Source of the DNA: Eledone cirrhosa
Taxonomy: Eukaryota
DNA length: 64,000 nt
Assembly (NCBI GenBank): GCA_964016885.1
Contig: OZ024740.1
Span: 407,588,001 to 407,652,000, forward strand
Direction: 5' to 3'
The notes beneath the pieces are model-generated. The model did no database searches, had not been told where the DNA came from, and worked only from the letters and a program-made list of their open reading frames with translations. Each line of letters starts with the position of its first letter. Within the stretch, counting starts at the first letter, position 1. A program made the translations under genes and the position numbers. Below are positions 38,201-49,100 of this stretch, in pieces.

Positions 38201-41200
38201 GATAGTTCCCCAACTCCAAGTGAAAACATCATGATGCACCATAGTTTCACTGGTGACAGAAATTTCTTCTGAAACAACCCATGGGACATTACTAAGGGAT
38301 CTTCTCTACCCTATGCTGTCTCCATTTCATCACCAGCCACTTTACGTGTGATGAATGAGTACTGAATACCGAAGTAGAGTTTCATAATATTCTATATTGG
38401 AGGCACATGGCTTAGTGGTTAGAGCATTGGCCTTGCAATCGAAAGGTTGTGAGTTCAATTCTCAGACCGGGTGATGTGTTGTTTCCTTGAGCAAGACACT
38501 TTATTTCACAATGCTCCAGTTTACTCAGCTGTAGAAATGAGATGATAGGGACTGGAGTCCCAGTCCCGATCATTCCACTGCAAAGTGGTCGTGGAGGTGC
38601 CACATTTACTTTACATAATTGTCTCTACTTTTGGCACAAGGCCAGCAATTACTGGTACTTTATTTTATCGACCCCATAAGGATGAAAGGCAACAAAGAAA
38701 TCATAGTTGAAAAATATAGAGCACAATATGTTATTCTAGTTTAATGAATTTTTATTGAAAATCTGTATATTATATATAAATAGACAATATTAAAATGCCC
38801 TAAGATAAAGTATTATTTTTCATCATAATATAATCACTTGCTAAGGAAACAATTCTCTAGACATTTCATATATAATTGCTTTTCTGTCTATAATAGAAGG
38901 AAGACAAAAGAAAATGATTTACAATTTTTTTTTCTTGCTGGGAATAACTGCACCATAAAATATCTGATTTCATCAGTGTTAACATTTAATGTTCATAGAA
39001 ATAAAAAAAAAACAAAAAAAAAAACACAAAACACAATTGCGAAACTCTGTAAGATATGTTAAGCAACTATTTTACAATAATTTATTTTCCATTAATGCAG
39101 TGTTATGTTTCTATCTTTTAATCAGAAAGAAAAATGTTGGACATGTGATTAATTTCTGCAAGTCTCAAACTTCCCAATGTCACTACATAATTAGTGTTCA
39201 GTTGTGGTTGTTACTATACTAATATTTTTTTAAAATCTAGGTGAAAAACTAAAAGGATACCTAAAAAAAGGTGTAGTCAATTTAAACAACCGTAGTACTT
39301 GACTGGTATTTATTTTATTGTCCCTAACAGAATTGACATTGGTAGGATTTGAACTCAGAAAGTAAAGAAACATTACTAAATATAGAAAGGCATTTGGACT
39401 GGTGCTTTATTGATTTTGCCATCCACCACAGTTCAATAATAATAATTATGATAATCATTATAATTTCTAAATTTAGTACAAAGAATTACACAATTGATAC
39501 TTAATGAAGGGTAAAACTAACACTGACATGATTAAAACTCAGAATATAATTTAGTTTCACTATCCACCATTTCTGCCACTCATACACATCATAAAAAAAT
39601 TACTCTAGTAAAAACTGCCTAAGAGCATTTCTAACAGTTAATTCTTATACTAATGACACTAGGCAACAAATTAAAAAAAAGTTCAAATGTTCAAACAAAG
39701 ATGTAATGAATAAATTGCTTGTACACAAACCTTGTAAATACCAAACAAAAAAATGTAGCACATAAGATCATTAACTGCTGTCCGAGAGCTGATTGAGATT
39801 TCTGCATTACACGGTGGAGATCATTCTATAATCAAGAAGAAAAACAATAGAGATTAAAATGTTTTTTTTTTTAATAATTGCTGACTAATTTATTAGAGGC
39901 ACTAAAATAAATTAATGTCAAACGGTATTTTTCTCAAAAAATTATATATATATATATATATCTCAGAACTTGTCAACCCTTATTAAATGGTCAGTCGATT
40001 CTACGAAAATGTAATGTATTATAGAACATTTTCTTCTTGTCTCCTTAAAACCTCGTTCATTCATCCATATATATCTACAATCGTTGCTATTCTTGCTTTA
40101 ATTTAATCTTCTCCACGCTGGTTCTAAATATTCTCCCTCATTGCTAACTACCCCATATCCCTCCCGCCCGCCCCCACTCTCCACCTTTACTATTTGGACC
40201 AATCACAAGTCAACGGCCTATGCTATCACCACTGGCTGCTTTTCGATATGATGGATGGACTAAGGAATTTCTGGAGAGTCTGAAGAATCTGGACACTCGA
40301 TGACAATGCCAAAGATAACGACAAATTCACCTCATGCTGCCGGACGAAGGGGCAAGGCCCCCCCCTCTTTGTTTCGGCCGCGGATGGCCAACATAACCCC
40401 AAACTCATTCCCCTCACCCCTCCCTGTGCCCCATCCTCCAAACACAATCCAAAACTTCAGAGTTGGTACCATGAACGTAGGCACCTTAAAAGGCCGCTCT
40501 AACGAGGTTGTAGAAATGCTTGAACGTAAGGAGGTTGATGTTTGCTGTATCCAAGAGACCAGGTGGAGGGGCAGGTCTGCTAGATTCATTGTGGGTAAAA
40601 AACGTTGCTATAAGCTTTTCTGGGTGGGGAATGGCAATGGGATAGGTGGGGTAGGAATCATGTTAGCAGAAAAGTGGGTGGATAAGATAATAGATGTAAA
40701 TAGAGTGAATGACAGAATAATTAAAATAAGACTTGTTCTAAACAGAACTACTGTGACAGTAATATCTGCATACGCGCCCCAATCCGGACTGCCTGGCGCT
40801 ATAAAAGACAGATTCTATGAGACACTGATGCTCACTACCTCCCAAATAACCGACAGTGACTATATAATTATTGGTGGCGACCTAAATGGTCACGTTGGAC
40901 AACATTGTGACGGCTATGACGGAATCCACGGAGGCTATGGGTTTGGTACTAGAAACGAGGAAGGCTCCAGAATCCTGGAATTCTATGATGCGAACAACCT
41001 AACTGTCTGTAACACTAACTTAAAAAAACGAGACAATCACTTGATCACCTACAGATCAGGAGAACATACCAGCCAGGTAGATTATATCCTTACCAGAAGA
41101 CGTGACAGAGTCTCTGTTGTAAACACTAAATCCCTTCCCCATGAAGAATGCACCTCCCAACATAGACTGATAATTAGCGACCTCATAGTCAGGACAAGAT

Positions 41201-44200
41201 GTACTAGATAGCAGAAGAGGACTATCCTCAGGAGAAAAATATGGAAGCTAAAGGATCCTACAGCCAGAAATAAATTTCAAAGCATGTTACTTGATGCTTT
41301 CGACAGTAAGGAAGAGCAATTAGAGTCGTACAAGGTAGAGGAACAGTGGGAATTCCTGAAAGCAAACCTGCTGATGGCGGCAGACGAAGTCTGTGGCTGG
41401 AGCAGGCCTGTAGGCAGGAGGAGAGTAACATGGTGGTGGAACAGTAAGGTGGAGGGGTCAATCAAGGCCAAAAAGCAGGCTTGGAAAGCATGGCGGGATG
41501 GGGGAAGTAGAGAAGACTATAAGGTGGCCAGGAGGGAAGCTAGGAGACAAGTGTACTTCGCAAGAAGGGAAGCAGAGGAAAGAAAGTTCAAGCATGTTCT
41601 ACAACGCGAGGACCAAAAACGTGAGGTGTTCAGGATTGCTAGGCAATGTGTCAAGGAAAACCGTGATATTGTCGGGGTGAAGTGTGTACTTAACAATGAT
41701 GGCGTACTTGCCATCACTGACGCTGATAAGAAGGTAGCTTGGAAGTGTCACTACGAAAGGCTACTAAATGAGGAGAATAAATGGGAGAAAGACAGTCTCC
41801 CCCACATCGATCCAATAGAGGGACCAGCAGTGTTAGTCGAAGGTAGTATAATAAGTAAGGCAATCAAAGATATGAAGACGGGTAAGGCGGCTGGGCCTTC
41901 GGAAATAGTTGCTGAGATGCTGAAAGCCTCCGGTACGGTGGGACACACCATGGTCACCCGGATAGTAAACCAAGTCATACAGAATGGGGTTGTTCCGAAG
42001 GACTGGCGTAGCAGCATCATCGTTAACTGTTACAAGGGTAAAGGAGACGCCCTAGATAGGAGTAACTATAGAGGCATTAAATTAATCGACCAGGTCATGA
42101 AGGTCACGGAAAAAGTAATAGCGCAACTAATCAGAGAGAGAATTGATCTAGATGAAATGCAGTTCGGGTTTGTGTCAGGCAAAAGTACCACAGACGCTCT
42201 TTTCATTGTACGACAACTACAGGAGAAGTACCTAGCTAAAAGTAAACCCCTATACTTAGCTTTTGTCGACTTGGAGAAAGCCTTCGACAGAGTCCCCCGT
42301 TCCATTATCTGGTGGGCTCTTAAAAAACTAGGTGTTGACGAATGGCTTGTGAGAGCTATACAAGCCATGTATAAAGAAACAGTCAGCAAGGTTAGAATTA
42401 ACAACGGATATAGTGAAGAGTTTAGCGTAAAAGTTGGTGTCCATCAGGGCTCTGTTCTTAGCCCCCTACTATTTATTATTGCTCTTCAGGCTATAACAGA
42501 GGAGTTCAAGACCGGCTGCCCATGGGAACTCCTATACGCAGATGATCTAACGCTCATAGCTGAATCAATGGCCGAGCTAGAGAAGAAATTCCAAACATGG
42601 AAGCACGGCCTAGAATCAAAAGGCCTTAAAATTAACCTGGCTAAGACTAAAGTTCTAGTTTGTAGGAAAGAAAATAAGGCACCGGTCCCCTCCGGGAAAT
42701 GGCCATGCTCAGTGTGTAGGAAAGGCGTAGGTAGAAACTCCATTTTATGTCCCAAATGCAAAGTATGGGTGCATAAAAGATGTAGTGGGATCACAGGTAA
42801 GCTAACTAAGAACACAGATTTTACATGTGGCCGGTGCTCTGGTGCAATAAGTAGCAGCAAGTGCCCACAAAATACTAGCTCATTCAACTGCGCAGAGGGC
42901 TCTATAGAAATAGTGGACAGCTTCCGTTACCTGGGTGACAAAATCAGCAGTGGGGGAGGGTGCTCTGAAAGTACAGTAGCTAGAGTCAGAACTGGATGGA
43001 AAAAGTTCAGAGAGCTTATACCACTATTAGCCGCTAAAGGGTTCTCCCTAAAAGTGAAAGGCAGGTTGTATGATGCCTGCATACGAACAGCAATGTTGCA
43101 TGGCAGTGAGACCTGGGCATTGTGTGCAGAGGATATACGCAGACTAGAGAGGAACGAAGCTTGCATGCTCCGCTGGATGTGCAATAGTAATATACGTGAA
43201 CGGCAAAGCATAAACGAACTAAGGAAAAAATTAGAAATAAGAGGGATCAGATGTTGTTTACTCGAGAGAAGGCTACGTTGGTATGGTCACGTGATGCGCA
43301 TGAAAGACGACAGCTGTATAACAAAGTGCAGGGCAATAAAGATAGATGGTAGCCACAGAGTAGGCGCAGACCCAGGAAAACCTGGGACGAGCTGATAAAT
43401 TCCGACCTCACACACTTACACCTCTCCAAGACAATGTCACTGGACCGAGACCTTTGGTGGTACTCAATAACAGAGAAGACCTGCCTTACCTAAATACAAA
43501 GTAAAACCTACTACAGTCAGTAGGCATCTTTAACAAAATACACCCCCGTCCCACCCCATCCACACCGCCCCCTTCAATGCAAAGTTATGTTGGTGCCACA
43601 ACATCCAGGCCGAAACAAACGAGATCGTGTAGGTGTCACGACAAAAAAACACACAGTCCACGCTGTAATGTGACCGTGTAGGCAACACGGTAAAAACCTC
43701 CCAGTCCCACACTGTAAATGTGGTTGGTGTTAGGAAGGGCATCCAGCTGTAGAAAACACGCCAGACAGTCCACGCTGTAATGTGGCCGTGTAGGCAACAC
43801 AGTAAAAACCTCCCAGCCCCACACTGTAAATGTGGTTGGTGTTAGGAAGGGCATCCAGCTGTAGAAAACCCGCCAGACAGTCCTATGCGAGCAAGACAAC
43901 CACTCTTGCCTCAAGTGGGAAAACTCCCGTCCAAACCCATGCAAGCGTGGAACAGGGACGTTAAACGATGATGATGATGATGATGATGATGATGATATAT
44001 ATATACACACACATGTATGGACCCATAACTTCTGGTGGAGTTGTATGGACCTCATAATGACCTTTAGGGGAGAGGGTGAACTCAGAGAGCCAGAAGGAAT
44101 TCCACAAACATTCTATTTAATGTTGTAAAACTCTGCCAATTTGCCACCTATACACACACAGATATGTATTGACACACACACACACACACACACACACAAA

Positions 44201-46139
44201 TGCATAGCTCCAGAAAGTTAATCATATGAATTCCTTGAAGATAACAAGCTTTTTTTAAGTTTTATTTCATCTGCTGTGGGTTACAAGTCTGCAGTAGTAG
44301 TAATCCATTAACTAAATACTAATCTCCTTCAAAGTTTGGAAATTTAATTTTAAGGAGATTTAACAAAAAGTAGGCCAATAAAATCATTAATTACCACAGA
44401 AAAAATTACTCTCATGATTATGCTTACATCAAAATGTTCTTTGTTGTTGATTAAACATATTTTTTATAAGATTCATCAATGTAAATTATTGGTTTTTGTT
44501 GAAAATTAACTTGATCTTTCAATAAGAAATATGTATATTTCTCATGTGGTCTTCTAATATGAATTATATGATATAATGATAGTTTTTACATTTGGCACAA
44601 GGCCAGCAATTTGAAAGGAAAGGGAAAGTTAATTAAATTGCTTTATTTTATCAACCCCATTAGGATGAAAGGCAAAGCTGAGCTTGGCAGGATTTGAACT
44701 TAGGCACATTAAGGGCCATAGATATATGCTACAAAGCATATTGTCTGATGCTCTACTGATATTGCAAATTCCCCACCCTTTTTATTTAACGATATACTAA
44801 TGAATCAATTTTATATGTTTTTATAAATTTTGAGTAAGTTATCCATTTGGATGAAAAACAAATGTTTATTTTCATTTTAAGTTTATTTATACATTGTAAA
44901 TTTCCTTAAACTTGAAGTTTTTATTACTAAAACAAGGTCATTGTCAAAAGGGTGGATTAAACTACTTGGATGTTGTCATCTGTTGTTTATAAATCCAATG
45001 TTCTCTATATTATTAAACTGTTTTTCTTGTTTATCATAGAAATATGCTTGCCTTCTATTCTCTTAATAGAATTTTCTGCTTGTGGTATCATGTATTATGT
45101 ATACTTTTCTGATAGTAATAGCAAATTTTCTTTTTGAGATGTTTATGTTTTTTTTTTGTTACGAAAGTAATATGTAAAGGAACTTGCAATATTTGAGTAG
45201 CTGGTAGCCACTATTAGATAAAGGACTCAAGATGAAAAACATCTCTGAGAACAAATGTTTATTTATATAATTATTGATTAGTGACAAACTGTAGGTTTCA
45301 ATCTTAGTCTGACATAAAATCCTGTGTTTGAATGAATAATTGAGTGCAAAGGGATATACATTTGCTTATTTGAATAATCTTAATGTGGCTTAGTGGTTAG
45401 GGTGTTTGGCTCACGATTGTGAGGTTGTGAGTGCAAGTTATAGACCAAATGGCCTGTTGTATCCTCGAGCAAGACACTTTATTTCACATTACTCCAGTCT
45501 AATTAGATAGCAAAAATGAGTTGTACTTGTAATTCACACATTGTATCATACTGAATCTCCCTGAGAACTAAATTAATGCTGCACATGTTTGTGAAATGCT
45601 CAGTTACTTACATGTTAATTTCCCAAGCATTGAATCAACTGGAGATCTTGTTGGAAATGACAGAGTTCCAACACAACACCCATTTATATATTTTTCATAT
45701 GTAAATAAATCTTCTTCTTCATTTCTATTTTATATATATATATATATATGGAGGCACATGGCTTAGTGGTTAGAGCATTGGCCTTGCAATCGAAAGGTTG
45801 TGAGTTCAATTCTCAGACCAGGTGATGTGTTGTTTCCTTGAGCAAGACACTTTATTTCACATTGCTCCAGTTTACTCAGCTGTAGAAATGAGATAATAGG
45901 GACTGGAGTCCCTATCATTCCACTGCAAAGTGGTCGTGGAGGTGCCACGGCAAAAAAGCACCCAGCCCAAATTGTAAAGTGGACGTGTAGGCGCCATGGA
46001 AAAAAAGCACCCAGCACTCACTGTAAATGAGGTTGGTGTTAGGAAGGGCATCCAGCTGTAGAAATCAAGCCAGAATCAGTTCCCGTCCCACCCTTGCAAG
46101 CAGGGAAAAGCGGACGTAAATGAAATGCTGCTGCTGATG

Positions 46140-46180
<41 letters not shown>

Positions 46181-49100
46181 TCTTCGTTTAACGTCCATCT
46201 TCCACGCTAGCAAGGTTGGTCGGGTGACCGTGTCTCACTCATATAGGACTATCTGGCAGGTTTTCTACGGCTGGATGCCCTTCCTAACACCAACCACATT
46301 TACAGTGTGGAACTGGGAACTTTCTACCGTGTGTTTTTTTTATATATATATATGTGTGTGTGTGTGTGTTTGTTCACAAACATCATTTTTAGTTATTTAA
46401 GAATGATAATAAAAAGTATATGATCCCATATAGACCACTCAATTAGTTGATATGAATAAAAGAACATTGAAAATTGTTGATAATGCCTACAAGCCCTGGT
46501 AGCTCAAGGAGGGGGGGGGGCTGCAGTATCCAAGCCATGCTTTTATGACCACGTTGAGAGCAGCATGGCATGGAAGGCAGCCAACACTGTAGCACAGTGG
46601 GTGGAGGCTGAAAGAGTCTATGGTGGATCCGCAGTGACATTGAGTGACTTGCAGATTTGGAGGTTAAGCCAGCATGACCATCTTCCTATTCCGTGGTGGT
46701 AAACCCCTCATCTGGGGTGCCACGTGTAACGACACATTCTCCAGCAGCAACCTGGTGCAGTCTGCGATTAACTCAGCACTTTGGGCTGAGTGGGGTAAAC
46801 TTGCCAAATATCGGCTGCTCTCTGACAGGTTTGCGGTTGAGCTCATGGCAGTGGAGACTTCTGGTATCATTGGCCCTAGGGTCACCTCCAGAGCTGGAAT
46901 GGCTCTTCCAACGTATCCCCCTCACCATCTTCTGGGTAAGCACCTTCTCTATTCTGTCCGTTGGGGCTGTGTGTTGGCCAGTGCATGGGCCCCCATTTGC
47001 TCATAATAGCGAGAGATGGAGAATGGGCGAGATGGGGGCAGTGACAGTGGAAGTTTGGTTCTTTTGTGTTCAGACCTGGTGTATATGTTTCATGGGCTCA
47101 AGCATATAATGCCAATAATGAAATTAATAGTTTGTTTTGTAGCTATTATTGGTTTTGTTTAATCAATGTATACCTGTTTGAATAGTATAACAAATGCTTT
47201 GTTACTTTGGCTACTTTAAAGTTTCCATTTCCCATATATTTTGTCAGCTGTTTTGCAATATTTATAATATTTGAGTATGCACTAAATAACTTTTTTTTTC
47301 TAAGCCTGTGGTGATAAGAACCTATTAATTATAAACATCAAATATGCTTTTATAATTGGATAATTCTCTTTTGAAGAAAAACAAGTATTATGATTAAAGA
47401 AAAATATCCTTTAATCCATTATTGAATTAGATTGTGTAAAAGACATATCTATAACTGTGATAGTTCTGCATAAATAACTGTTAAATAGCAAACAATGTTT
47501 AGCTGACAGTCTATATTTCAATATTCCTTTTCTAAAATTTATTAAAGAAAATACATAAAAAAAACATCTTTTATGGCTGTAATATTCTGTTACCTGTTTT
47601 ATGCAATATATATTATCAATATCCATAGAGGTCAAGATGTTAAATGTATTGAAAAATTCAGGTATTATGAGCAAACCTTGTAATGCTATCAAAACCTTAA
47701 CCCCCCCCCCCCCACACACACACACACTAAAAGAAAAAAACAACAACAAAAAAACATTTGTGTAATTCTTCAAGAAAAATATTCGAAAATTAGGATTCCG
47801 TCAATACAGACTGGCGAAAACGGCAAGAACATTCAATTAAATTTTCTTAGAGCATTAGTGTAGAATTTAAGAAATATTGTAAAAGAAACATACAAACATA
47901 TTTTGCAAAGCAGATTTTGCAAGCCAGCAGTTGAAAAATACTGGGATAAAAAGGTTCCGTAACTGAACACTAAATATCTGGAAAAAGAAGAGAAACAAAA
48001 TTATATGTTAATAACAAAAAAATATTATACAATAAAGATTAAAAAATAATATAAAAGGCAATTCATATGAAAAGGTTAAATAAAAAGAAATCAATATATT
48101 TAAAGATCATTAATTAATTGTTCATTGAAAAATAAAGTGAATTAATTATCACCTTTTCTTATAGACAAATCACACTGCCTGTGTGTTTTTAATATTTTGG
48201 TTTCAGCTTTTAAGTTGCATATTGTTGTTTTGTAAATACTGTTGGTAAACTTGCGTATGGTTGTTTTTAAATAAAAAGGAAAACTTCAGCAAAAATTATT
48301 CCAACAGTAGCAGATGAGGCAACTCATCATAGTAATATGGCAGTCAAGAAGACTGTACAAAGAAAGTGGCAAGAGCACATTGGAAAATGCTTAGAGAATG
48401 ATTGGATTCAAAGCAGAGTTAGAAGGAAGTGAGTATTCTCAACTCTCCATATAAGGAAAACAAAAAACCGATCCTCTAGTCTGTGGCTTGTAAAGAGTAA
48501 TTAAAATATTGGCATATGGAATGAAAGCATTAGAAAATGTATTGAAGACAAGGACATATGTGCAGATTTATGAAATGCAGTTTGGATTTATACTGGGAAA
48601 AGGAATGACTAATACAATGTTTATTGTGAGGCAGTTACAGAAAAAATTTGTTTCTTGGAGTTGATGATCTGGAGAAAGCTTTCAATAGGGTACCACATGA
48701 AGTAGTGATGTGGGTCTTGAGAGAGTTAGGCATAGAGAAATGGTTGGTTAAAGTAGTGATAACAATGTGTATAAGGAAGTGCATACATTCATAAAGACAA
48801 AGGACAGGAACAGTATAAGTCTGAGGTAAAGGATAGAGTGCGTCAGGGATAAGTGCTAAGCCCACTACTATTTGTAGTTGTTATGTAGATACTGGCTTGA
48901 AGTGTAAAGGAAGAGTTTACTATGAGGGTTGCTGTATGAAAATGACCTGGTGTTGATAGTGAGTATGGATGAAGTGAAGGAGAAGATGGGAGGAATGCAT
49001 GGAGGCAAAAGGTATGAAGGAGAATATCAAAAGACGAAGGTGACAGCAAGCAATAAAGCATTGATGAGATGGAAAGAACAGGAAACTGATCATGTGCAGT

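Noticed and set aside
38399-38475. tRNA-like sequence with A and B boxes (also at 45750, 18565, 21541, 24703)
   Set aside because: SINE heads that continue into CORE or Meta domains; no proper acceptor stem
41498-43429. Multiple antisense or alternative-frame ORFs over the RTE
   Set aside because: Shadow ORFs of the LINE coding sequence
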